DNA of 57,279 nt, the filler included, from Dimargaris cristalligena (taxonomy: Eukaryota), in the NCBI GenBank assembly GCA_003614675.1. It is 3 parts of 3 records of this genome, joined end to end, with 100 filler letters (N's around TTAATTAATTAA, not from the genome) between each part and the next. Parts side by side here need not be neighbours in the genome. Positions count along the whole stretch, not along the records: positions 19,130 to 38,155 come from ML002743.1; 2 more parts are not named here. One strand, written 5' to 3'. This document shows, piece by piece, positions 25,242 through 38,255 of this stretch (the first letter of the stretch is position 1; each line of letters opens with the position of its first letter). A program made the position numbers and the translations under genes. Under the pieces are notes generated by a model, which had not been told where the DNA came from, searched no databases, and was given only the letters and a program-made list of their open reading frames with translations.

Positions 25242-27036
25242 ATGAGTGTCCACATTCGCATCAGCACCCCTAATAGCCTGGATGACAGCCCCGTTGTGAA
25301 TCATATCCGCTACGGCCGCAACCAGGCCCGCATCGCCCGCTTCAAGAATTTAGTCCGTCGTTTTGTCCGCACCCGACTTCGAAGCCGGCCCTGGTTCTAC
25401 GCCTCGCTTCTCGCGCTCATTCTGCTGGTCCTCTACTGGATCTTCGTGCGCCGCGCCTGGACCCCTCTACCCAATGGCTCTGACTCCGCCCTGAAGGAGG
25501 GCCCTTCCTCCAGTCCCCCCCGGCCCGGCCGAGGCCCCTTCATGGCCAACTACCAGCTCAGTAACCAGCAGCTGGATGCCAAATACCAGAATCTGACCGA
25601 GCTGGTGGTGGTACCGGGGCACGCCGTGTTCGCCGGAAATAGCCACAGTCCCACTGATATTCACCTGGCCGATGCGTGGTCACTCGAGGGTTTTCAGTCG
25701 GCCCGGGACATTGTCGATTTTCTTACCCATATTCAACGGGGCGCGGATTTGATGACAAACACACCGGGGGCCCTCTTAGTGTTTAGCGGAGGCCAGACCA
25801 AATTCCGGGCCGGGATGCGTAGCGAGGCCCAGAGTTATTGGGTAAGTCGATGCATTCCGTCTATCCTAACCACCGCGAGATTCCTACACAGCCTCTGCCA
25901 ATAGATCCGCAAAATGGGTAGACTAATAAAACTACCTCTAGCTTGTACTTGCGCTGCTCTATTAACCATGCATCCCCCGTATGGCCTTCCCTTGGCTCTT
26001 CTTCAGGAAATCGCACAGGGGCAAAACTGGGTACCCCCGAACGACATGTGGCGGGCTACCACCGAGGAGTTCGCTCGCGACTCCTTTGAGAATATCATGT
26101 TCAGTTTGTGTCGCTTCTACGAGCTCACCGCGCACTATCCCGTCAAAATCACCGTCATTAGCTACCAGTTCAAGCAAAATCGCTTCGAAACCCTGCACCG
26201 AACCGCCCTTAAAATCCCTGAAACTAAGTATGTTTAAACCGGTATGGACCGCGATTTGCCCCAGGGCCGTTGGTTTCAGCCGGATAGATTCATTTTATGG
26301 CCATATGGTTTGGTCATTTGGGTGCACCCGCTCTTCTAATTGCCGATCTATCTGTATCTTCTGCCATATCATTGACTACGGTATACTAGGTTCAGCTATG
26401 TACCCTTGCCCATTGAGAACCCGCCCGATCCGGTCAAGGCTAAAGGAGAGGTAATTATTACCTGACGTGTGCTTCGGTGGAGTACCACACCCTCTCCCCT
26501 TCACACACATAAATGAACATGCAGGTATCGATATGGACACTAAGACTCGGGAGAACCTATGGGCTGGCTAAGACTAACTTCTTTGGATAATATCCTTTTA
26601 TTTGTCGTATACGTGTATTCTCTAAAACTAGATGAACAACGCATTTTCTCTATTCCAAACGGATCCCTACGGTTGCGACGGGGCTCTGCTCGAGAAAAAG
26701 GGACGTCGGAACCCCTTTCATAGACAGTAAGTGGGCGTGGTAGTGATGTTGCCGGGTCGCAGCCCTCTGTGTAGATGTTGCTACTACTTACACGGGATCC
26801 CTATCCAACAATAGCTCCTTCCCCTAATGACCTAGGCTAATATGCTAATAATTTAATTTGGCCCATATTGAACTTTTCCCCGCCCAATCCACCCGGATTA
26901 TATGCCCTATAGCCATCCATATCGGGAGAGCTGCCCTCACCTCAGGGACCTATTCGACTACTGCAATGGTCCCAACAAAACCATTTTTTCCAAGCTTTTG
27001 CCTTGGGAGGAGGCGAGCGAGCCCATCAACCAATAG
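25242..27036 (+). CDS. DUF218-domain protein (yeast YOR238W-like) with N-terminal TM anchor
   Basis: Exons 25242-25841, 26007-26227, 26390-26450, 26632-26726, 26913-27036. Motifs [33 protein letters not shown] and DPYGC...RRNPF. Confidence 0.85.
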
Positions 27037-27360
27037 TGTAACTTATACAGTCGGATAAAACCGAGCGTCTTTTCGAGCCATGTTGAGTATTTTATCTGTG
27101 CATTAACTAATAGAAATGGTATCCAGCGGCTGTAGAATATATAGGCCGTTAGGCAATGGACTAGGGCCGTTTTGACTGCCCCCTCATTTAAAACATAGTA
27201 TTAATGAAAGATGTATTTATAGGTAGGGTGGTGGGAGGGAGTCAGTTGACGTAATATCGCCGTAATTATTGGTTGATCCAATTGAATACTGTCGGCCCGC
27301 CGAAGTGGAAATGAGCTCGGGAAGGGGGGAGACATTGTATGGCAAGGGTGCCTCTAGACT

Positions 27361-28152
27361 TTAGCGATACAGGCATTTAATGCCCTTAGCCAGGACTACG
27401 GCAACGATGCCCGAGTAGACGGCCAGGGGGATACTCGAGCCCTGGGCTTTGTAGTAGAAGCTGGTAAGCGGGTTATGGCAAATTAGGGCCAGGGGGGAGT
27501 CACAGGAGGTGGCCTGGGCGCGCCGTTTCTGATCCTTGTGGACCAGGTAAAGGTCCTCCAGCCCGTCGCCCACTTCCACGGGGATTTCTTCGTAGGAATT
27601 GAGGTGGGACCAGCCGTCGGCGCCATTGCGGAACCAGGCGACCGTGGAGCGAATGGAAACGGTCAGCAGTTTGGTCGTGAATAGGCCCAGCAGTACATCG
27701 CGGGTACGGTAGCCGTGGTACAGGTTGAAATTCATCAAATGCTGCAGGGTGGGAGCGCGGTCAGCAATCCAGCGGCCGACCTCCAGGACGAGGTCCCGGC
27801 GAACCACCAGCAGTCCAAACAGGAGGGCCGAGTCCAGGGCCAAACTCATGGAGCGACGGGACGTGGCTAGTTTCTCCTTAACCTCTTTGATTTGGCGTTG
27901 GAGGGGCTGGTACTGAGCTGGTACGTGGATGACCGACAGGTTCTGACGGGCGGCTTCGGCCACGTCCTGGGGGTTCTGGCAATAGCTAACACAGACCACC
28001 GGACGAGGTAGGGTGATGTGGCTGGCGGCGGCCTCTTCCTCCGTCGGAGCGGGCATCATAGAGGACAGGGCAGCCACCAGATCCTTGGTCTCCTGGTGAC
28101 TGAGGGCCTCTTCGCGGGCGATGCGGATATCGTAGTCTTTGGAAGCACTCAT
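27361..28152 (-). CDS. Hypothetical protein with hydrophobic segments (263 aa)
   Basis: Long ORF with strong C/G-ending codon bias. CACC-ATG context at 28152. Probable 5'-UTR intron 28329-28170 (GTAAGT...CAG). Confidence 0.75.
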   Translation of the reverse strand: MSASKDYDIRIAREEALSHQETKDLVAALSSMMPAPTEEEAAASHITLPRPVVCVSYCQNPQDVAEAARQNLSVIHVPAQYQPLQRQIKEVKEKLATSRRSMSLALDSALLFGLLVVRRDLVLEVGRWIADRAPTLQHLMNFNLYHGYRTRDVLLGLFTTKLLTVSIRSTVAWFRNGADGWSHLNSYEEIPVEVGDGLEDLYLVHKDQKRRAQATSCDSPLALICHNPLTSFYYKAQGSSIPLAVYSGIVAVVLAKGIKCLYR

Positions 28153-29690
28153 GGTGTCGTAAGGAGTATCTGGGTGGTTGGAGGGGAACCCCGAAAGCGG
28201 GTAAGCCAGAGACGGTGGAATAACGGTTAGAAAGGGGAGCGTGGGCTGGCAAGTGCTCATAGGAGGGGCCTGGATTTGAACTATCCCAAGCAACGCGTGG
28301 GCAGGGCCAAGGCGGCTCTAGGGACTTACCAAGTGGAGTATGCGGCGGTGGAGGAGATATAGTTCAAAGGGTGCGCAAGGAAGGCGAGGTAAGGAAAAGG
28401 AAAGGAACAGAAAGGTAAAGAGAAAGAAAGGGAGAGAGAGAGAGTGGGCTGGTGCTGGAAAGGGATTAAGTTAGACCAGCAGGTGAGACCTCCGCTGGGC
28501 GCCCCCTGACTACGTTGCGAGAGTATAATGAAGTCACTCACTACTATAGGAGAGGAGGGGGGGGCTGTATGCGCGCACTCACGTTGAGGGGTTACTGTTG
28601 TATGCGCCCTCTCTTTCTCTGGCCCCAATTGAACGAGGGGCTCTTCCTTGAGCTAGTTCAGACGAAGCCGTATAGTATAGCATAGTAGCTGGTGGCCATG
28701 GGAACTCCCCGATCATATGCATGATGCATACATACATTGTATTTATGGCATTATGAGCCAAGCGTAGTTTTATAACAAGTAGTATATATATATATATAGG
28801 ATGGTGGTGGGGAGCCTCCAACCCTCTAACATTCTATGCGCATTAGCTCTGATTAAAGACGAAGCCTTACGGCCCTACAAACCGCGTTGTAGAATAAAAC
28901 CATTCCCTAGCCTTGTTCTTTCCTTTCAACTGCCCGATGATGTTGTTGATATATGGTTAGGAGGAATTCCGCCCCCCCTTTTTTTTTTGGTCGCAATCGG
29001 TGGTGCGAACCACTTACCACTCTACCCATTGAAGCCCCCGACGATTCGACAACCCTAAATAAAAATCCTTGACTGGGTCAAGAAGTATCGGCCACTGTGT
29101 GGTCCAAGCTCCACAATCCAAAATATCCACTGGGAATCAATCTCGTCCAGGTGGTTGGTGACCGTGACTGTCAGCTGCGCACTCCTCTATTCGAAAATCA
29201 TTCGGGTCTGCGGTAGTCCTTAATATTTTGGGTCACTCAGGTAAAGTAGAGTATTATTTAAAGTGAATCTAAGGCAGGCGCGACCTTTTGGTCATATTTG
29301 CCATCCACAGGGTTTAGGTCGCTCAGAGAAGAAGTACCTGTTTTTAATTTTGGGGGCTGTATCTTTTGACCAAGTCAAGTCAAGTCAGGCCAGGCGGGAG
29401 GGGAGCGGGGGTGCCTTTTTCAAGTAGTATTATTTCTGGTGGTGCTTTACGTATTATTGCCCTAGCCCTCACCCAGCCGAGGGAAACGTAAGTTGCTCTC
29501 CATCCCCCTGATATGGCCCCTCTAATTCCTAACTTGCTTTACTTCCTTGACCTTTCTCGGTGTTTATTCCTTTCTTGCCCGCATCCCTTCCCCCTGCCCT
29601 AGCCAACCAAGTCGTCACTTCAGCTTACCCAGTGACCACCACCATTCTCGCACAGCCCTTTGCATTCCAGCCCCGACCCAGGTTCCAGCC

Positions 29691-32440
29691 ATGTCTTCTG
29701 CCCCCCCCCTCCTATACAACCAACTTCGTCGCGGTCGTCCATCAGCGACCCACCCACGGTACCTCCCGGCATCCCTCCTCTCCTATTTAACCCATCCGCC
29801 TCCCGTACGCTCGTGCCCATGTCCATTAAACCCTTCGACCCCCGGTCGCATCTCGGCCTCCCCAATATTCCACCACTGCTCAATTGGATGGACGCCCCGT
29901 CGGTGTCCCCAGACCTCACCAGTACTGCCAATACGCACGAACTCCACCATTCGGCCAGGTTACCCGTGAAATCCCTTCCCCAGGACCCCGGCGTAGTAAT
30001 GAGCGAGCCTGCCCCTCTACTACCCGACATTCCATCCATTCCCGAGTCCGCCCAAGCCATGGAGGTAAGTATAGTGCTCCACGCCGTTCGCCTACCCGAC
30101 TGGGCATTCTGTAGTCTGGCGCATCTCTCTATTTACCAGCTCCGTTCCATTTGTGCCACACCACGACAGCCTGCTTATTATAACCCCCCTTCTACTTCTT
30201 CAATCTCACCACGGATATAATCTGAATAGCCCCCATCCCAGGCCACCCACCTGAACCAGCTCCAACGCACCCGCCGCTGGTTTGACCACGGTTTCTGGCA
30301 AATTTACGTTATAACCATGGTCACCTTCCTGGTCACTGGGTTGTATGTCTTCTTCACCACGTACTCCACCACCCTGACGCCGGGTCGGGAGAACCTCCTG
30401 TTCGTTAATTTCAAAGACGCCATTGGCCTCATTTTCTTCTTGACCGTGGTATCCACTGGTCTGGGCATCTTATGGCTCATTTCGCTGAGGTACTACGCCG
30501 AAAAACTGGTCTGGGTTACCATTATCCTCGTACCCGTCGTGAGTTTCTTCACCTCCTTCGCCGTGATATCGTACGCTGCTACCACTTCCTCTGCCCACGA
30601 CACTATCACGTTCCAGACTAGGTAAGACGTGCCGTCGGTGCTTTCCCAGACTACCATGCGTCACTAACCCATACGGTTGGTGCCTCCGTTGCTGCACCCT
30701 GTTTAGGGGGTAGGCCCCACCAAACATTTGGACTACTCTAACCTCAGTCTACCCACCTATCCGCTCGATAACATCGCCCTTCAGCTATTTAATCGGTGCC
30801 CTCGTCTCTTTCGCCATTGGGACCGCCCAGTCCGTTTACATTGCGCGCCGACGAGAGCAGATCCACCGGGCCATGAAGGCCGTCAATCTGGCGTGTAGCG
30901 TTCTGACTAGCCATCCGGAGCTGTTCGCCCTGGCCATCCTCCTCCTATCGGCTTATGTGCTATTCTTAGTCGTTTGGCTCATTTTTTTCTCCCGGGTAAT
31001 CCTACTCATCCCCTTCTTTCCCGGTAAGTGCTATGCCCAGGCGATTAACAGCTCGGGTTTCGCTGCTGCTAAGCCGTATGTCGCCCCACCTGGGACATCT
31101 CTTTCTATCACTAGATGATTAACCTCTTCTATTATCCCTTGCCAACGGCCCGGTCGTCCTTCTGGGTCGACGATTTCAATCCATGCAGGTACTCCCTACA
31201 ACCTGGCCATGCCGGTCGTGCTCCTGGGCCTCTTTTACTGCTTTGTATTTACCTGGACTACAAGTATCTTCACCAACCTCCTCCGCATCACCATCGCCAT
31301 GGTGGTTGCTCAGTGGTATTTTTATCGACACGAGGATGAGCGCTTGGGAATCAGCGGCTGTACCCAGGCCGCCTTCCATCTGGCCGTTTCCGACTTTAAG
31401 GGTTCGATTTGCCTAGGGGGCCTGGTCCTTGCCGTGGCCCAACTGGTGGGTGGTGCGACGCACTACCTGCTTTTGGTAAGTGGGATTACATCGTTGATAA
31501 CGGTCCAAGAGCCCCTACTACATGTAGCATATCCCCACCCGACCGCTCTTTAGTTTCTCGTTGAATGGCTTGGCCCCTTCGTCATCCAGGTATTAACCCT
31601 GGTTTGGCCGTCGATTTCCCACTAACCAACTGTCCCATATGATTAGATCCTACGGCCGCTCCGGATGTTCCCTTTTACCCTAATCGCGTGGCTTTTCCGC
31701 CTATTGGAGAAACTACTGGAGACGCTATCCAGCTTTACCGTCGTTTATGTGGGCGTAACCGGTAAAGGCTTCTTCACATCCGCCTATGCCGTCTCCAACC
31801 TGATGAAACGTAACTACGTCTTTTCCGTGCGCTCCGGTAAGTCACGAAGGTTCCTTGGTGGTTGCTTCTAAGATGCTTTGGTGTATCTACAGCGGCCTGC
31901 CCTCCGTTAAGCAATTTCGACTTTGGGAAGGTGTCGTGTCCGATTTCTAGGGGGGCTTGACTTACCCATTTAGTATACTGTTTGCCTATTTCTGCCCCCT
32001 ACTGTACCAATTCTAGCCCTCGTGATTGGAAATCTACTGAGTGTCACTTCGACAACCTTGGCCCTCACAACCGGATGGACCAGGTCATATATTTCATTCA
32101 GTGACTTTCATATGAAATACCCCTACCTACCCGGGGTTTTCGGCGTGGCCATTTCCTGGATCATCTTTCAATTCTTTGGCCATATCCTTGTAAACACGTA
32201 AGTTCAACTTCTAACCCCAAACACTCGCCTTATCCGCCGATTTCTTTATCAGGTCTATGCCCCCTCTTTTTTCTATAGCTCCTTGAATACTAACTTCTAA
32301 TCGCCCTATATTGTCCCTTCGTGTAATCCGCCAGTATTGAGGCTACCCTAGTTTGCTACGCCGTGGATCTAGATACGCGGACGGTTCATTCAAACGAGGC
32401 CCAGCGGGCCTTTGAAGATCCCGGTTCCTCGATGGCTTAA
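29691..32440 (+). CDS. PNS1: Choline-transporter-like (CTL/PNS1 family) plasma-membrane protein
   Basis: Multi-exon, many TM helices. Motifs VVAQWYF, FKGSICLGGL, VYVGVTGKGFFTSA and TLVCYAVDLD. The start is either 29691 (needs one more C in a C9 run) or the in-frame ATG at 29819. Confidence 0.8.
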
Positions 32441-33437
32441 GCAGCCGAAGTCTTTCTATACTCCCCTTTACCGACTTGATCACAACACCCTGCCCACCCC
32501 CTCTTCCTATACGTTATAGCATAGCCGCATGATATAAATGAAACGTGTCGGTGCCTGTACAATAATCCTATAAGCGTCTGTTATACAATGGTCAATGGGC
32601 ATTGTAAATTCCACTGTAATATCCCCCACCTTTTCCGTAGCGTTTGATCGTCTGTCTATTCAGCCAACGACCCGCCTTAATATTAGCCTCGCCTTTCGCT
32701 TCCCTTTTCCTTCCCGGGCTTTACTCGTGCATTAGTAATAAACCATGCCGTATCACACAGTTTAACCTGGATCAAGGTCCAATGTGGGATTGATTGGTGA
32801 TTTCTGGCATACTAGTGTCGAGGTTCCCGATCCGGGGGCTCATGCAACGCCGAGGAGCGGTCAATACTATGGATTGAAGGAGAATGGGTGGACATGTAAT
32901 CCCAGGCCTGATACGTCCTCATTCAGGCAGTCGCCTAGTGGCCAGGCCCAGATACCGGGGCAAAATGAGCTAGGCCCGATTCGACGGAAATAGACCTACG
33001 GTGGTCTGACTAGGTGTACGACTGGCCTTCCCTAACTGCACAGGCACATGCACGGGCTAATGTTTTGTTTCTTCACCCGCCCTCAATGCTCAAATCCAGG
33101 ACCATTATCCCCTGTATACATTGGCCTATAATACCGCAACTATTTACTCCCCCATGGTTAGGACTGAACTCCAGTACTACGCTTTGCTTGAAATGCGAGG
33201 GTGGTATTCTTCCAAATTCATTGAGTTTATTAGGTACGGCCAATGGCATGGCTTATGTCCCCGTTGCATAAACACGAAAAAAAATCGCGACAGAGCCCGC
33301 TAAATAGACTTATATGGTAGTTTACAATTGAGTCGCCAAAAAGCCAGCTCGAACCTCAAGTAAACCAGTATTATCCGTTGAAGGGGATACGGTCGGGCGA
33401 GGCGGTTAAGTCGAACGGGTGGCTGATCTAGAAGCCA

Positions 33438-34745
33438 TTAAATGACAAAAGCTGTGCGATTTTCACACACCGAGCAGGGGTATATGAGTGGGAGGACGGG
33501 CGCGGAAAATAACGGCTCGCCCGGGGGCGCTGTTTCGGGATGGTCGGGTAGCGGCGCAGGTGGGGGTAGCAGGGCCGTTGTCAAACCAGTCTCACCCAGG
33601 TGGAATGGATCATGTTTAGCGGACACGTGGTTGGCCGCCGAGGAAAAAGCAGCCAATTTGGGCGAGTCCGCGGGAACAAAGATATCGGCGGAAGCAGCAG
33701 GGTCGGTGGGAGGGGAGTCCCGGCTATATTCTGGTTGTGACTGGGGAGAAAGTCCGTGGCCCTTGGGTGGCAACCCTTCCGAGGGAGAGGGGTCTTGGTG
33801 GGCCAGACTATTAAAGAAATCGACGGCCGACGGCCGGTTTCCTTCGGGAAGCAAAGGGTCCGCCAGTGGTGCCGGCGGCGAAGAAGCGGGCGCCGGTAGG
33901 GCCGACTGTAGAGTATTTTCGCTGTTCGCGGGGGTTTCCTCGAATGTGGCTGTAATTTTGGGTGAAGTCATAGGCGGCGTCAGGTCCGATACCAGAGGTT
34001 CGGATTCCATAACGGTTTCGACAATAGTGGTTGTGGTGGCTGCAGCCAAGTCCGTGCCGGAAAGGGGGGTGCAGATGGAGGGCAAATCCACCACATCTGT
34101 CTGGGCCAGGGAAACCGCCGGCGGTTGGTCGGAGGGCGAGGATGTGGGTCGTCGCTGAGAAGAGGACGGAGGAGAAACAGGCCCCGCCCTGTCCCCTTGG
34201 TGAACCGGGGACTGGGTCGGTGAGCCGGACAGGGCATCGCGCTTTTTGGCCTGCTTCACGCGGAGGGTTAATTCGATGTTGCGTTTCTTGAGCTCGGCAA
34301 TTTGGGTTCGGGCGGTAGCGAGCTCGCATTCCAGGGCTTCGAGAGTGGCCGTGGTAGGCCGGGTGGTTAATTGGTCGGCCAGGTCGGTGGCGCGGTCCAG
34401 CAGGGTACGCCGCTCCTGGTCCCACTGCGCTTTGCAGTCGCCCAATCGGGCCTGGGCTTCGGTTAACTGGGTTTCGAGCTGCGTTCGCTCCGCTTGGAAT
34501 TGGGCCTCCCCTTCCTGGCCGCCGACGGTCGGGTACGTGGAGGGGGGTTCCGCCTGGGCTAGGTCTTGGTGTTTCAGCTGTAGGTCGGCTAGCTGAGTTT
34601 GAAGGGTGGCCAGGTTGGCCTGGTATTCTTCCTCCCGCTGCTTCTGCGTACGGAGCGCGCTCTGCAGCTTGGCGGCCAGGGCAATGTTCTTTTTCTTTAG
34701 GGTCGACACTTGGTCGGCCGCGGGGGAGAGTGGGGGGGACTCCAT
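33438..34745 (-). CDS. Hypothetical coiled-coil protein with Pro/Ser-rich tail and C-terminal CxxC
   Basis: Intronless ORF. Heptad-rich N-terminal half (LATLQTQLADLQLK...), low-complexity C-terminal half ending YPCSVCENRTAFVI. Confidence 0.75.
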   Translation of the reverse strand: MESPPLSPAADQVSTLKKKNIALAAKLQSALRTQKQREEEYQANLATLQTQLADLQLKHQDLAQAEPPSTYPTVGGQEGEAQFQAERTQLETQLTEAQARLGDCKAQWDQERRTLLDRATDLADQLTTRPTTATLEALECELATARTQIAELKKRNIELTLRVKQAKKRDALSGSPTQSPVHQGDRAGPVSPPSSSQRRPTSSPSDQPPAVSLAQTDVVDLPSICTPLSGTDLAAATTTTIVETVMESEPLVSDLTPPMTSPKITATFEETPANSENTLQSALPAPASSPPAPLADPLLPEGNRPSAVDFFNSLAHQDPSPSEGLPPKGHGLSPQSQPEYSRDSPPTDPAASADIFVPADSPKLAAFSSAANHVSAKHDPFHLGETGLTTALLPPPAPLPDHPETAPPGEPLFSAPVLPLIYPCSVCENRTAFVI

Positions 34746-35078
34746 GGCGTTGTTTGGCAGGCGCAGGTCGGAGAGGTATAGGGCTGAGGGAAAGGGGCTG
34801 TAGATGGGGAATAGGCGAGTCAACAAGGGCTTCCGGTATACTCTAGACCATGTTGTACTGGTATAGGAACAGAATGGGAATTACAAAGGCTGAAGGGGTT
34901 TATTCAAAGACTAGCAGTTCTATATGGCCTGGAGGAACGAGGTGGGCCCTGGTCTCAGATGGTGATGGTGCTTCAACGGGCTAGGCGCCCTGTCTCCGCA
35001 AGTGGGGCTGACAGTCCCCCCTTCTCCTTCAATTTCCCCCGAGCGGTGTGGAACAAGGAGCTCCAAAGGCGCTAAGCG

Positions 35079-35086
35079 TCACGTGA
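35079..35086. promoter_or_regulatory. TCACGTGA palindrome (bHLH/Cbf1-type E-box) in a divergent promoter
   Basis: Exact 8-bp palindrome midway between two head-to-head genes. Function is inferred only. Confidence 0.3.
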
Positions 35087-35433
35087 TGGTTTAGTTTGCT
35101 ATATCCCTCTATTATACCACTCCCCAAGTGCATATATCATCATTATCAACTCGGCCTATAGGCGTTCAGTTTCGTACTTTAGGCATGTATAGACACATAC
35201 ACAAAAGCTCCCTTTGGCTTATTCGTAAGAAGTCAGCCCTCACGATAAAAACTTTGGGTTTCCTGTGGGTAGTAAGTAGGGGAAACTCCGCTGGTTCTGG
35301 CCGTTTTTTCTTTACCTTTATCCTTCATTATTGACGTTGGTCAATTCTATTTACTCATCCCTTCAGTCGCAGCTCTCCTCCATTCACCGGCCACTAGGAA
35401 CCCGTCTATTGTCGGAGTTGTGGCCTTCTGTCT

Positions 35434-38155
35434 ATGGCCCTTCCCGAACTCCCGACCCGCCTCTCGGCGATTGACCCCGCCTTTGAAAAGACGGTCTTGG
35501 AACTATTTGGGCCAAACCCTGGCCCAGCAGTCGCCGGTCGGAAACCCGAACCCAAACGCACCCTGGCCAAGGCCGAGGCCACCAGCCGGGGGTACTTCGC
35601 TATGCGACTAGTCAATTTTATACTCACTCAACTGGCTGCCGGCAAGCAGCCGGATAAGGGGGGGACCCTCCCGGGCGTGTCATCATCGCCTGCCGCAGGA
35701 TCAATTGCCGCTCTTCCCAATTTCGCCATTATTCTCCGCATCACGACCAAGGGCCTGGCTTTCCTATGGAGTATCGAGGCCCAGTTGAAGTTACGGCCTT
35801 ACGACCTCGCCAAAGTCTCTTCTAATTTTGCATCGCGATTAATTCAGTTGGGCCAGGTAAGATTTACCAGGTGATTTAGTCACTGACAGAGGCGCTTGCT
35901 TAGATTACATCGAACCATGGTTGCTCTCGAAGTGCAGCATTTCCCAGCGATCCCGTTGAGAGAGGGACCTTTGCTTCACCTCGTCTTTCTCACTCGTGCT
36001 AAAATCTATCATTTGGACTTACCAATGTATCCGCGTGTACCACCTGGTGCCAAGTAGTATGAGTTAGCCCAGCAGCAGCTTATCCAGTTCCGGGCCCATT
36101 TGAAGCTTCCCAATCCGTCCGCGGGACCCACCAAGCCCGCCCACGCCAGCCGTCTTCCCATTAAAGCCACCCAAATCCAGCGCCGCGTGCCCCTGGCTCC
36201 CCGTCGAAACGCCGACAATGCCCCGCCCGTTTCGAACCATGGGGATGCTACCACGTCCCCCAGTCTGGTTTTTCTTGGCGTAAATCACTATAATCCCAAC
36301 GACGACACGTTTAACTTTCTGGTTATTACCTCGCTGATCAATGCTCTACGCTGCGCCGTGGACACCAAATCCCTCCGCCAGCTTCAAGGCTGGGTAACGG
36401 ACCTCACCCGGTCTGGTGGTACTTGCTACGATTGGTGCCGAATCCTTCTGACCCAGTCCCCTTCCAAAGTAGCCCACTCCCACTTGGACATCTATTTTCG
36501 CCTTCTCCACAAAGCGGCGGCTCTATTCCCGTACCACGACCCCCTGTTCCTACGTTACAAACGGGAGTCCCTCCGGGTGTTCCGATCCACATCCAGCTTC
36601 AGTTTCGCCCAGCTAATTGATTTAACCCTCCACGCCGCCCTTTCCAGCGAAAAGGCCCTGCAAGGTAAGTGGTACTAATCCCTGTTTACTACATGCCTCT
36701 CGCCGTCCCTACGGGAGGTTCGCTCGTCCGGTATTCGGCCATCCTTGGTCGGGATGCGTAATTCTCATTAACCGTCGTTGTCTAATGATGCATCCCATCG
36801 ATTTCCCTATGGCCCGGATTGGGTGCACTTGGTACCTGTCCTTTCCCCATGTAGTGCAAACTGCTTCCTTGGACGAAACTGCCAAAAGGCTCGATTCCTT
36901 TTACGACAGTGTATTTAGTGGTGGGGATTTCCCCGCCCCGTCGCTTATCGACCTAGCCCAAGTATCGTATTTTAAACTCGTTGAGCACCGCATGCTCCTC
37001 AACCGCAAGGTAATAGACATCCGGATTTACGATATAAACCTGCCCTTGTACATGGCTATCCAGTTTAACTCGCACGCCAAATACCCAGATCGAGCTCGAT
37101 TTCCCCCACCGTTACTTCTCATGGATTTGTTGGGTATGGCCTTATCTTAACTTCTCGCACTGTGACTATACCCCTTGCTTTCCGATTCTAAACCGGTCTA
37201 GCTTCCTGGTGGAAATGGCGGCACTGATATTTTTGGTCTTATCGATGAACTCGCTCGATCAGGTACGCCCACGTCTCCCTCGGTGGGCCTTCTCCAGACA
37301 ATCAGGACCATTTATGCATTTGCCATGGCCCTCCATGGCCCCTCCGGCTCCAAACCCATTAGTACCGTCCTCATTGAATTCCGAGACATTCGTAGGGGTA
37401 TGACCGGGCTGTTACTCGAGTTTCCCGGCAACCAACTGCCGGTTATTAATCGCCTCCTGACCATCATGGGCCGGGCCTTTGAGTTTTTTCAAAAATGCCT
37501 CAATTCATTGCCAACTACGGCGCCTCCACCCGAACGATCGGTGGTGCCTAAAACTCCAGGGACCCCTGGTAGACAGGGCGTGGTCGATACCAGCCCGGTA
37601 TCCCTCCCTGAGCTTTGGCAACTGGACGGACCCCTTGAACATATGACCGGCTGCGTGGACCTAATCATTTTGAACTACCGACCTCCCTGTAAACAGGTAC
37701 GTTGACTGGCAGGAACCCTGCTTCGTGTCGCTCGGGACATATCATTGAACTACGTCTTGTGGTGCGGCTGGCGATGGTTATTCTTAGCCAGTACTTCATC
37801 AATTACGACTCGGCGACTAAAACCCTCCGCATCCACTGTGCGTATGCCCTTTTGTATGCATTTTTTATAACCTTCCACCCTCGTTGGTACCATTAGCACC
37901 CACCTCTCCGGGTCGAATTACAGAAATTGAGTGGGGCATTGGCCGATTTATACATGTCGGGGATTCGGGTCTTATACAAGAGCGCCGACCCCACCTCGTT
38001 TCAGTCGTGCCGTTTCCTGCTCGATAGGGCTACCGAATTTGCCCGGAATCACCATCTCGATGTCACTCTTTTGACCCTTTCTAGCATATATTTCAATTGC
38101 GGCGGGACCTTCTATCGCCACCGGAAATACGCATCAGCAATCCAGGCTTTTGAGG
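35434..38155 (+). CDS. Probable separase (Esp1/Cut1) N-terminal helical region, 3' truncated
   Basis: Exons at about 35434-35856, 36058-36664, 36855-37009, 37202-37696 and 37898-break. Segments FAMRLVNFIL and DLAKVSSNFASRLIQLGQ|YELAQQQLIQFRAHL resemble fungal separase N-termini as I recall them. The protease domain is not in the window. Confidence 0.55.
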
Positions 38156-38255
38156 NNNNNNNNNNNNNNNNNNNNNNNNNNNNNNNNNNNNNNNNNNNNT
38201 TAATTAATTAANNNNNNNNNNNNNNNNNNNNNNNNNNNNNNNNNNNNNNNNNNNN
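38156..38255. other. Artificial contig linker (N44-TTAATTAATTAA-N44)
   Basis: Same structure as 19030-19129. Confidence 0.98.
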
